The notes under the pieces: generated by a model
The model's database searches: none
Told to the model about the DNA's origin: nothing
The model's input: the letters and a program-made list of their open reading frames with translations, nothing else
Made by a program: the position numbers and the translations under genes
Shown: positions 30,313 through 39,900 of the stretch, piece after piece
Layout of the letters: each line of letters opens with the position of its first letter
Numbering within the stretch: the stretch's first letter is position 1
Assembly (NCBI GenBank): GCA_034520945.1
Contig: JAXHNB010000006.1
Coordinates: forward strand, 160,001-224,000
Length of the DNA stretch: 64,000 nt
Reading direction: 5' to 3'
Source of the DNA: Trueperaceae bacterium
GTDB lineage: Bacteria > Deinococcota > Deinococci > Deinococcales > Trueperaceae

Positions 30313-30314
30313 GA

Positions 30315-30824
30315 CTACCTCCGAGGGGAGACGGGGACGTCAGCGTCGGGGGCGGGGTCACCGGGGATGGCCCAGTCCCAGACGCTTTTCTTGATCTTGA
30401 CGACTTGGAGGGTCTCGCTGGCGACGATCCCCGGTCGCCCCAGCTCGTGGGTGAGGAAGTCGTGCAGATCTTCGGCGCCGGCGTGCAGCGACTCGACGAC
30501 CAGGTTGTAGCTGCCGATGCCGAGGGCCACGTAGCGGGCGGCGGGGTGGCGGGCGATCTGGTCGGTGACCTCTTCGACGTCGGCCGGGCGGACGCGGGCG
30601 TAGGTGGTCGCCACCATGGGAACGCCGAGCTGAAGCGGATCGCTGATCGCCTGAATCTTCATCCAGTTCATGTCGAGCAGGCGTCCGACGCGCTTGCGGA
30701 CCATCGACTCCGACACGTCGAGCCGGCGGGCGATCTCGCGATACGGCATGCGTCCGTCCTCCCGCAGCAGGTCGACGATCCGGCGGTCGGTGGGGTCGAG
30801 TTGGCGATAGCCGGGGGTCGACAC
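30315..30824 (-). CDS. Lrp/AsnC-family transcriptional regulator
   Basis: LDPTDRRIVDLLREDGRMPYREIARRLDVSESMVRKRVGRL HTH plus C-terminal AsnC ligand domain. Confidence 0.92.
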   Translation of the reverse strand: MSTPGYRQLDPTDRRIVDLLREDGRMPYREIARRLDVSESMVRKRVGRLLDMNWMKIQAISDPLQLGVPMVATTYARVRPADVEEVTDQIARHPAARYVALGIGSYNLVVESLHAGAEDLHDFLTHELGRPGIVASETLQVVKIKKSVWDWAIPGDPAPDADVPVSPRR

Positions 30825-30954
30825 GGTTCACTCCCGTGGGCACGATGGATGCATGTACGGACGTTCGCACTCTACGCGGCTCGCGTCGCGAACGTCAAGG
30901 AATCGGACGCAATGCGTCCAGGTGGCGCGGAACACGTGCGCGTACCCGCGAGGT

Positions 30955-31956
30955 TCAGGCGTCGCGCACCTGCTCGGGGTAGGCGTGCAGGGCGGGCGCG
31001 CCCCCGGTATGCACGAACAGCACGCGCTGGCCCCGCCGCAGGGTCCCCTCCCGCGCCATGGCCACCAACCCCGCCGCGGCCTTGCCGGTGTAGACCGGGT
31101 CCAGCAGGATCGCCTCGCGCGAGGCGAACAGGCGCACCGCATCCCGCATCGCGGTCGTGCCGAGCGAGTAGCCGGGACCGACCTGATCGTCCCGCACCTG
31201 CACCGCCTCCTCCGGCACCGAGGCGCGGACCCCCCCGAGGTCGCACGCCGCCTGCGCCAGGCGCCAGATCTTCTCCTCTTGCGCCACGCGCTCGGCCCGG
31301 ACGCTGACGCCGGTGAGGGGCAGGTCCGCGTGAGCGCCGTGCAACCCCGCCAGCAGGCCGGCGTGCGTGCCGCCCGAGCCGCTGGCGCACACCAGGTGAT
31401 CGAACGCCACCCCCGCTTCGAACGACTGATGCAGGATCTCCTCGGCGCAGGCGGCGTACCCCAGCGCGCCCAAGGCGTTGGACCCGCCGCCCGGGATCAG
31501 GTACGGCTTGCGGCCCGCCGCCTCCACCTCCTCGGCCATCCGCTGCATGGCGGCCGACAGGTCGGTCCCGCCCGGCACCACCTCCACCTGCTCCGCCCCC
31601 ATCAGGTCGAACAGCAGGCGATTGCCGACCGCGCGGGGGTCGTCGGTGCCCGGCACGCGCTCCTCCAGCAGCAACCGGCAGGACAGTCCCTCCTTCGCCG
31701 CGGCGGCCAGGGTCAGCCGGCAGTGATTCGACTGCGGCGCGCCCGTGGTGATCAGGGTGTCGGCGCCCTGCTGCAACGCGTCGGCGACCAGGAATTCGAG
31801 TTTGCGGGTCTTGTTGCCGCCGGCGGCCAACCCGGTCAGGTCGTCCCGCTTGATCCAGAACTCGGGCCCGCCCAGCTCGGCCGAGAGGCGGTGGAGCGGC
31901 TGCAACGGCGTGGCGCCCTCCGTGTAGCGGCGGCGCGGAAAACGGGCAAGGTGCAT
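30955..31956 (-). CDS. dcyD: D-cysteine desulfhydrase / ACC deaminase-family PLP enzyme
   Basis: IKRDDLTG...GGNKTRKLE (PLP Lys), QSNHCR, ASGSGGTHAG, LLDPVYTGK, HTGG. GGAGG RBS before ATG 31956. The specific substrate cannot be read from the sequence. Confidence 0.85.
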   Translation of the reverse strand: MHLARFPRRRYTEGATPLQPLHRLSAELGGPEFWIKRDDLTGLAAGGNKTRKLEFLVADALQQGADTLITTGAPQSNHCRLTLAAAAKEGLSCRLLLEERVPGTDDPRAVGNRLLFDLMGAEQVEVVPGGTDLSAAMQRMAEEVEAAGRKPYLIPGGGSNALGALGYAACAEEILHQSFEAGVAFDHLVCASGSGGTHAGLLAGLHGAHADLPLTGVSVRAERVAQEEKIWRLAQAACDLGGVRASVPEEAVQVRDDQVGPGYSLGTTAMRDAVRLFASREAILLDPVYTGKAAAGLVAMAREGTLRRGQRVLFVHTGGAPALHAYPEQVRDA

Positions 31957-32053
31957 GGGGCCTCCTCGGAGATGGGCGCATGAAGGTGCGGACGGGCGTG
32001 CCGCCACTGTAGCCCCCGGCGGCCCCTCCCCGCTTCGCGCCCGCCCCCGCCGC

Positions 32054-33595
32054 TCAGGCCCGGTAGGCGATGTGGCCGTCCACCACCGTCATCACCGGCG
32101 TCAGCGACGCCAGCGCGGCGGGGTCCACGGCGAACGGGTCTCCGTCCAGTACGCTCAGGTCCGCCTCCATGCCGACCTGCAGCCGCCCGCGGCGGTCCTC
32201 CTCGTGGGAGGCGTAGGCCACGCCGCGCGTGAACATGTCGAGGGCTTCTTCCACCGACACCCGCTCCGCCTCGCGGCTGTGGTTCACCGCCGCATGCACG
32301 CCCAGCATCGGTCGCAGTTCGGTCACGGTCGAGTCGCTCCCGCCCGCCACCGCCACCCCGGCCCGCACGGCGGACGCCAAGGGGTCGACCTCTTCGGCGC
32401 GGGCGTCGCCCAGGAGCGCCCGGTAGGTGGGGTGCGGCCAGACGTGGTTGAAGGCCGGCTGCAGCGACAGCACCACGCCGGCCGCGCGGGCGCGGGCCCG
32501 CTGCCCCTCGTTCATCAGCTGCGCGTGCTCGATGCGGTGCCGGGCGTTCGGGCGCGACTCGGCCGCTTGCGCCGCTTCGAACATGCGCAGCGCCTGCTCG
32601 ACCGCCCGGTCGCCCACGGCGTGGAACGAGAGCTGCATCCCGCTGTGGTGGGCGGCCAGCACGAAGCCGTGCAACGACGCGTCGTTGTGGTACAGCGCGC
32701 CGTACGCGCCGGGATCGTCCGGGTACGGCGCCAGCAGCGCCGCCGTCCCCACGTCCACGTCCCCGTCCAGCGCGCAGGCGTGACACCCGCCGATCCGGCT
32801 CAGCCCCAACGCCTGCACGTCGTCCAGATCGAACGTCTGCGGGTAGGCGCGGGTACGCACCGGCAGGTCCCGCTCGACCGCCAGCAGGGTGCGCACCGCG
32901 TCCAGGTCGTCCAAGGCGTGCAGCGTGGTGCACCCGTTCCGGACCGCCCGGTCGGCCGCCGCACGCAATGCGCTCTCGTAGCCGACCTGGCGGCTGTAGG
33001 CGGCGTAGCTCCGGTGCGTGGCCGCCTGCGTCACCGCCCCGATCAGCGCCCCCGTCGGGCGGCCCTCCTCGTCCAGCAGCACCCCCGGCAGGCCCGGGTG
33101 CACATCCAGCATGCGCAGCGCGGCCGAGTTGGCGTAGCTCGCGTGGCCGGTCACGTGCCGCAGGTAGACCGGCTGATCGGGCGCCACGGCGTCCATCTCC
33201 GCCCGCGTGGGCGGGCGTTTCTCCGCGTAGCGCTCCGGATCGACGCGCAACCCCAGCACCATCGCCCCCGGCGGCGTCAACCGCGCCTTGCGCGCCACCG
33301 CCCCCAACAGCCCGTCCAGGTCGGTGGGCAGCGACCCGTCCACCGCCGTCTCCAGGAACCCCGTCGCGGTGGCGTGCACGTGCGCGTCACCCAACCCGGG
33401 CACCACGGTCGCGCCGGCAAGATCGATCACCTCGGCCCCCGCGGGCACCTCGTGACGGACCTCCGACCACGCGCCCATCCAGGCGATACGCCCGTCCGCC
33501 ACCCACACGGTGTCCGCCCCCGCCAGTCGGCCACGCCCGTCCGCCAACGTGCCGCCCGCGAACACGCGAACGTCGTGCTGCACGCGATCGGTCAT
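32054..33595 (-). CDS. Amidohydrolase (YtcJ-like, amidohydrolase-3 family)
   Basis: IDLAGATVVPGLGDAHVH, HASYANS, HAVGDRA, HRIEHAQ, GGSD, GRLQVGMEADL. TAGGGT box 7 nt before ATG 33595. Confidence 0.88.
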   Translation of the reverse strand: MTDRVQHDVRVFAGGTLADGRGRLAGADTVWVADGRIAWMGAWSEVRHEVPAGAEVIDLAGATVVPGLGDAHVHATATGFLETAVDGSLPTDLDGLLGAVARKARLTPPGAMVLGLRVDPERYAEKRPPTRAEMDAVAPDQPVYLRHVTGHASYANSAALRMLDVHPGLPGVLLDEEGRPTGALIGAVTQAATHRSYAAYSRQVGYESALRAAADRAVRNGCTTLHALDDLDAVRTLLAVERDLPVRTRAYPQTFDLDDVQALGLSRIGGCHACALDGDVDVGTAALLAPYPDDPGAYGALYHNDASLHGFVLAAHHSGMQLSFHAVGDRAVEQALRMFEAAQAAESRPNARHRIEHAQLMNEGQRARARAAGVVLSLQPAFNHVWPHPTYRALLGDARAEEVDPLASAVRAGVAVAGGSDSTVTELRPMLGVHAAVNHSREAERVSVEEALDMFTRGVAYASHEEDRRGRLQVGMEADLSVLDGDPFAVDPAALASLTPVMTVVDGHIAYRA

Positions 33596-33605
33596 GCGCG
33601 GCACC

Positions 33606-36600
33606 CTAGCACGGCTCGGTCCGCGCCCCCGCGGCGCTCCGGGCCTCCTTCAGGGCGCCCTCCACCTCCCGGAACGCCGCCGGGTCGTCTTCCTCCCGTA
33701 CCCACGCCTGCGCCTGCACGAACGCGGTGGCGGCCTCCGCCGGACGTCCCTGCGCCATCTCCGCCTGGCCCCACTCGAACGCGCCGAGGCGGGCACCGTG
33801 CGCGTACCCGACCGATTCCGCCAGCGTGAACGCCTCGTGCGCGATCGACGCCGCCTCCCCCGGCCCGCCCCGCGCCTCCCGCCGCACCAGGCTCGCCAGA
33901 TGCGCCAGGCTCAACGCCAAGCCACTGACGTGATTCACCTCGCGGTAGCGGACGATCGCCTCCTCCAGCGCAGCGCGCGCCTCGGCCGGCCGATCCAACT
34001 GGCCCAACGCCAACGCCACGTTGCCGCGCGCCTGCGCTTCGCCCACCGCGTCGCCCGCCGCGCGCCGAAGCTCCGCCGCCCGCTCGAACGCCTGCCCCGC
34101 CTCGTCCATGCGTCCGGACAGGCCTCGCACCAGCCCCGACGTGTTCCACGCCATCGCCAGCGTCCCGTCCGCCGCGCCATCGTCCAGCAGCGCCAGGGCC
34201 TCGGTGATGCGTGCCTCGGCCTCCTCCAGGCGGCCCCGTTGGGCCAGGAACAGCGCCGTGCACTCCCGCACCCAGCCCCGGAGCGTCCGGTCGTCGCACG
34301 CCTGCAAGGCCTCGTCCCCCGCCATGAACAGCGCCAGGCCCTCCTTCGAACGCCCCCGCACGTCGAGGTAGCCCCGCAACAACGTCGCCAGCGGCCACGC
34401 CGCCTCCGGACGCGGCGGATCCAGAAGGGCGTGCCAGGCCATCACCAGGTTGGCGCGCTCCGCGTCCGCCACCGCGAAGCCGCGCGCGGTGCGTTCCCCG
34501 ATCTCCATCTCGTTCAGGCGTCGCGCCACCTCGGCGTACGTGAGGGCGACACGCTCCCGCGCGCGCCCAGGGTCGACCAGCCCGTCCGCGAAGCGTTCCC
34601 GGATCGCCGCATGCACGGTGTAGCGCGCGCCCTCGCGCCGCAGCAGCGAGCGTTCCAGCAACGCCAACAAGAAGAACGGCGACGCGTCGGCTGCCGCGCG
34701 CGCCTGCTCCGCTTCGAAGCCGGCGGGGATTAGCGACAGTGTGCCCAACGCCTCGCGTTCCCCCGCGCCCATCAGTTCGCGGGTGACGTCGATGGTCCGC
34801 TCGGTGCGCGAACGCTCGCCCGGCGCGAAAACCAGCACCTCCGGCCGCGCGTCCAGCGTCCGCGCCAGTTCGGCCGGTGCCACCGTCCGCGTCCAGGTCG
34901 AGGCCAACTCGACCGACAGCGGGCTGGTGCCGATCCGCTCCAGCACGGGCCGGAGCGCCTCCTCATCGGCGCCCTCCCGCGCCCCAGCGCGGGCCATGCC
35001 CTGCCGGAACAGTTCGGTGGCCGCCTCGGGGCTCAGTTCCGGCACCTCCACGACCTGCTCCTCGGGGATGCGCAACGGCATGCGCGCGGTGACCAGCAGC
35101 CGCAACGACGGCGCGTGCTGCGACAACGCCTGCAATACGCCGGCCTGGTCGGCCAGGGCGTCCGCCTCGTCGAGTACCAAGCGGCGTCGCGCCTCCCCCC
35201 AGCGCTCGGCCAACGCCGCCAGGTCGTCGCTGGGCTTCACGCCGGTCGCCTCCGCCAAGGCGCGGGCCAGGTCCTCGCTGCGGCGCGCCGCGCGCAGGTC
35301 CACCCAGTCCGTGCCGCCGGGCGCGCCGTCCGCCAGTTCGCGGGCCAACTGCGCCGCCAGGCGCGACTTGCCCACCCCGCCCGGCCCGACCAGCGTCACC
35401 ACGCGCGCGTCCGCCACCCGCGCCGCGACGCGGTCCAACCACGCGGCCCGCCCCACCAGCGGCCCCTCCCAGCTGGGAAGCCGGACGCGCCCCCGCCGCG
35501 CGGGCCGCTCGAGCTGACGCACGTCGCGTTCCACCCGGGCAGGGTCGGCGTGATGGCCCTGCGGGCCGCGCGCCAGGCCGCCATCCGCCTGCAACGCGCG
35601 AACGGTGCGCACGATCGGCGCGGGCCGCCCCCCGGCGGTCCGCGCCAGCGTGCGCACCACCACCTGGTCCAGCCTGCCGCCCAGCGCGGCCGACAACCAC
35701 CCGCCGACCTCGTTCGGCGTCAGCGGCGGAAGCGCCCGGGTACGCGCCGCAGGGAACGCCGCCTCCGCCCTGTCGGGGACCGCCTCGACCACGCGGACGC
35801 CCCCGCCGTCCAGTCGTGCGGCCAGCAGGGCGCGGCTGGCCGGATCCAGGTGTGCGCCGCCCTCCAAGAGCACCACCAAGCCCGGACCTGCCGCGTCCTG
35901 TGCCAGCTGATGGGCCATCTGGCCTTCCGTCGCGTCGGGGGCGACCTCGCCCAGGTAGGCCAGCTGCAACGCGCGCAGGTGCACGCCCGCGTCCACCGGG
36001 GCCGCCCGCACCTCCCGCACGGCGCGGCCGGCCTGGCGCGCACGGACGGCCACCTCGCGCAGTAGGCGGGTGAAGCCGGAGCCGGGCGGTCCGCGCAGCT
36101 GAAGCACCCGCTCCGAGGCGGTGGTCGCATCGTCGGCCAAAAAGGCGTCGACGTCCGCCAGCACTGCGTCCCGCCCCACCAGCCGCACCTCCGCCAGCCC
36201 GCCCGTGATGTCGGTGTCCGGCTCGTCGTCGCTCACGACCAGGTTGCGCCCGGCCCGCTTGGCCCGGTAGAGGCGCGCGTCGGCCCGCGCGAACAGCGCC
36301 TCCGCGTCGCCTCCTTCTGGATCCTCGTCCACGCTGGTCAGGCCGACGCTGACCTGGACCCACACGTGGGGGCCCGCGTCGATGGGGCCCGAGGTCACGC
36401 GCTCCGCCACCCGCTGCAGCACCGACGCCGCCTCCGCCCGCGGCGTGGTCGGCAACAGCACCACGAACTCGTCCCCCCCGTAGCGGAACACCAGATCCTC
36501 GTCCCGCAAGGCGTTCATGATGCGCGCCACCACGGTGCGCAGCACGGCGTCCCCCACTGCATGGCCGTGCACGTCGTTGAGCGCCTTGAAGTGATCCACG

Positions 36601-36725
36601 TCCAGCACGGCCAACGCCAGCGGTGTCCCGGTCGCGACCGCGTCGCGCAGGAGGTGCGCCAAGGTCGGCGACAGGGCCTCGCGGCGGAAGGCCTGCGTGA
36701 GGGGGTCGTGCTCCAGAAGCGCCAT
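33606..36725 (-). CDS. GGDEF - degenerate AAA - STAND ATPase - TPR fusion protein
   Basis: DVDHFKALNDVHGHAVGD and RDEDLVFRYGGDEF; degenerate P-loop GPPGSGFT; intact LVGPGGVGKS with LVLDE, LLVTAR, PLSVELA; C-terminal TPR-like helices. Confidence 0.88.
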   Translation of the reverse strand: MALLEHDPLTQAFRREALSPTLAHLLRDAVATGTPLALAVLDVDHFKALNDVHGHAVGDAVLRTVVARIMNALRDEDLVFRYGGDEFVVLLPTTPRAEAASVLQRVAERVTSGPIDAGPHVWVQVSVGLTSVDEDPEGGDAEALFARADARLYRAKRAGRNLVVSDDEPDTDITGGLAEVRLVGRDAVLADVDAFLADDATTASERVLQLRGPPGSGFTRLLREVAVRARQAGRAVREVRAAPVDAGVHLRALQLAYLGEVAPDATEGQMAHQLAQDAAGPGLVVLLEGGAHLDPASRALLAARLDGGGVRVVEAVPDRAEAAFPAARTRALPPLTPNEVGGWLSAALGGRLDQVVVRTLARTAGGRPAPIVRTVRALQADGGLARGPQGHHADPARVERDVRQLERPARRGRVRLPSWEGPLVGRAAWLDRVAARVADARVVTLVGPGGVGKSRLAAQLARELADGAPGGTDWVDLRAARRSEDLARALAEATGVKPSDDLAALAERWGEARRRLVLDEADALADQAGVLQALSQHAPSLRLLVTARMPLRIPEEQVVEVPELSPEAATELFRQGMARAGAREGADEEALRPVLERIGTSPLSVELASTWTRTVAPAELARTLDARPEVLVFAPGERSRTERTIDVTRELMGAGEREALGTLSLIPAGFEAEQARAAADASPFFLLALLERSLLRREGARYTVHAAIRERFADGLVDPGRARERVALTYAEVARRLNEMEIGERTARGFAVADAERANLVMAWHALLDPPRPEAAWPLATLLRGYLDVRGRSKEGLALFMAGDEALQACDDRTLRGWVRECTALFLAQRGRLEEAEARITEALALLDDGAADGTLAMAWNTSGLVRGLSGRMDEAGQAFERAAELRRAAGDAVGEAQARGNVALALGQLDRPAEARAALEEAIVRYREVNHVSGLALSLAHLASLVRREARGGPGEAASIAHEAFTLAESVGYAHGARLGAFEWGQAEMAQGRPAEAATAFVQAQAWVREEDDPAAFREVEGALKEARSAAGARTEPC

Positions 36726-36750
36726 CGACAGGACAGTCTAGCGCCGGGGG

Positions 36751-36859
36751 ACGGTATGCTGAATGATCACGCAGCGAGTTGGAGGCGAGTTTCCGCATGA
36801 CCACGCACGAACGACCCACAACGGCGCGAGCCGGCCATGGCCGCCGCCCGAAAACCTAG
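36751..36859 (+). other. Orphan promoter/RBS/20-codon ORF resembling the deoC 5' region
   Basis: ACGGTATGCT (also at 52680-52689), GGAGG at 36781, ORF 36797..36859 MTTHERPTTARAGHGRRPKT. Confidence 0.4.
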
Positions 36860-36898
36860 GGCAGGACGCGCGCGACCAGCCCTACCTTCGCCCTTGGC

Positions 36899-36925
36899 GC
36901 CCGGGTCGGAACATCCGACCCGGGC
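36899..36925 (-). terminator. Hairpin terminator downstream of the outer-membrane partner gene
   Basis: GCCCGGGTCGGA-ACA-TCCGACCCGGGC forms a perfect 12-bp stem 5 nt past the stop codon at 36931. Confidence 0.65.
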
Positions 36926-36930
36926 CGGCT

Positions 36931-39900
36931 TCAACGCTGACCCGACGCGGCGGCGTCGATGCGCAGGTAGATCCCGCCGGCGCTGGAGGGCGTGAGACCC
37001 TCGAAGCCTGCGAAGGTGTACCCAACCGCCAGCCAAAGACCGTCGAGTGCCTCGACCTGGCCCTCGACCGAAATGCCAGCGTCCAGGGCGTTTGCTGCCG
37101 GGAGAACGAGCGCGTGCCCTCCGACGCCCAGGCCGACGGTCCGGAGCGCCTCGCGCTCGCCAGCCAGCGGTCGGTAGCCGACGACGAACAGGCTCGCCTG
37201 GTAGGTACGTGCCTCCGGTTCGTTGAACGGCACGCGGTACGCCACGCCTGGACGCACCTGCAGTGACGCGTTCGGGTGCCAGGTCAGGGCGGCCTCCCCC
37301 TCCAAGAGGATTTTCTCCGGCTCGTCGCGCAGGCGGTGGTAGGTCAGCAGCGACGTGCTACCGCCACGCCACGCATAGGCGGCGGTCGCGGTGCCGCTAC
37401 GTGTGGGCGACAACTGGTAGTCGGCGTAGACGCTGAGCACCTGATGTGCGGTCAGCTGTCCGCTCATCCCGCCGCGGGCTACCCACTTCGTGGTGCTCCC
37501 CACGCTGACTTCGCTGGCGAGATCGGCCACCAGGGCATCGGTGCGATAGCGCACGCCGCCTCCGAAGGCCGCCAAGGTGCCGCCGTCGTCGAAGTCTCGC
37601 TCGAGGCCGACGTTACCGTCCAGCGCCCAATGCTCGTCCAGCGGTACGGGCACGTCGACGCCCAGCCGTGCCAGGTTGCCCGCTCCGTCGACGCCGGGCA
37701 GCTCATAGGCCAGCGATACGGTAGCGTCCGCCAGATCTCGTTCCAGCTGCACGCTTCCGTCCAACGCCTCGTCCCAGCGATAGTCGAGGCGAGCGTTCGC
37801 CTCGACGTCGCCTGGCAGTGCCACGCGTCCCTGCGCCCCCGTGGTGGCGGCTCGGCCGCCGGTCAACGGCTGGGCGTGATCCAGTTGCAGACGGGCACCC
37901 GGAACTTCCAGGCGGCCCCGGGCCAGGCCATCCCAGGTGCCATCGAGCCACTCTCGGCCCGCGCCGACGCCCAGCGTCGCCGTGCGGCCTTCGCCCGCCA
38001 GAGGCAGCCGCTGCTCGAAGAGCAACGAGCTCCGCTGTGCGTCGTCCTCGGCGCGGTGTTCGGCCGCGACAGTGCTGCCACCTGCCACCTCGACGGCGGC
38101 CCGCGCCGAGCCACGCAGCCGTGCCTCCTGGTACGTCGCGTCGCCCCGTAGCGACAGCGGCCCCACCACATAGCCGAGCTCGAGGTTGGCGCCGATGCCG
38201 GCGACGTCGTCGTCCCGGGCGCCGATCGCCAGGCGCGCGTCGCCAGGGCCCAGCGGCCCGCCGTAGGCTGCCCGTGCGCCCCAGCGAAGGACGTCGGTCT
38301 GCGCGACCCCGGCCTCGAGCGACCAGGAGCGATCACGGTAGCGCACGCCGAGGCCACCGGCGACCGTGTCGCGCGCCACCTCGTTGGGGGCGTAGGTGAC
38401 CTCGAGTCTGACCTCCGACAGGTCGGGGTCCGTCGGGAGCATCGGTCGCGCCAAGGTCAGCACGCCGGTACTGGCATTCAGCACGTAGTCGAGGCGCGGC
38501 GCCAGTGTTCTGGTGCCCTCGTCGCTCACCACCTGTACGGTCTCGGTGCCGGGCTGAGGTCGGCGCTCGAGCCGGTAGCGACGGGTGCCGTCCGGCACGA
38601 TCGTCTCTTGGACCGTCTCGGAGGGGAGGAGACCCGCGAAACCGCTGAGCTCCACGGCCCCCAGACGCGCTTCGCCGCGGAGCGCACTTGCTCGCGGGAG
38701 GCGCTCGACGCCCGGCACCTCGAGGGCGCCCGCCAGGTAGCTCACCGTCACGTTCTCGTCGTCATAACGTACCGCGACGCCGTCGTCGCTGCGTAGCGCC
38801 GGCACCGCTTCCCGGCCGGTGCCGGTCAGGGGGAAGCGCCCGTCCGGATCGGGCTCGCGCCGGAGCGTCCGGTCGAGGTCCAGGCCGGTCGTGTCGGCCC
38901 CCACGTCGACCGCCGCCTGCAAGGTCCCAGCAGCGACGGGCGTCTCGAGGTAGCCGCGCACGCTACCGAACAGTTCGACCGGGTCGACCAGTCGGGCCGT
39001 GGCCTGGCCCTGCGCGATCCACAAGGTCCGGTCGGCGCCAGGCAGGTCGAGCACCGTTTCGGCGCGAATTTCGTCGTCGGATGGCGCGTCGTCGGGGCGG
39101 AAACGGAAGCGAAGCCGTACGCGCGTGGCGCTTGGCTGTGGGGCCAGCTCGAGCATGGCCTCGCCCCCCTCGAGGTGCAGCTGATGTCCCGCTTGGCGCA
39201 GGTCGGTGTCGGGCGTGCGCACGGCAACGTCGCTCGCCACCGTTAGCGTGCCGCGGCCGGTCGGCAGGCCGGCGGCGTCCACGACCGTGACGCGCACGCG
39301 AGGCGCCGTACGCAGGTCGCCCCGGCCGCCATCCCACATCGCCTCGATCCCGGCCGGCGGTCCGGCCCGGTACAGCGTGAGCTCATCGTGTCGCTCGCTC
39401 GCGCGCACCGTCACGCGGTTGGCGCCCACCCGCAGTGGCACCCGCTCGAAGCGTGCGGCGCGTCGCCCCCCAAGACGTACGAAGCGCACGTCGCCCTCGT
39501 ACGGCACGCCGTTGATGCGCAACTCGGGCGTGACGCCGTCCTCGGCGAGGACGTCCAGCACCACGCGCTCGGAGGGTCCGAAGACGGTGCCGGGCGCCGG
39601 CGAGAGCAGCAGCGCCTCGCGGGTCGCGGGCCGGGCGTCCTCGAGCGCGTCGAAGCCACGGTTGCCCAGCAGGCGCAGCTCCCGGTCGTCTAGGCGCACC
39701 GTCACGTCGGGTGGCCGCAGCGGAGCGAGCGGGTCCTCGTGGCGGACGGCGTACGTCAGGGTCGCTGCGGCGGCGTACGGCAACGACCAGGCCAGCGCAT
39801 CGTCCGACAGCACGACGGGTTCGATGGCGCGCACCGGCCCGTCGGACCGTCCCGCGCCGGCCGGGTGAAGCGTCACGCGGGTGCTGCCGGGGAGATAGCT

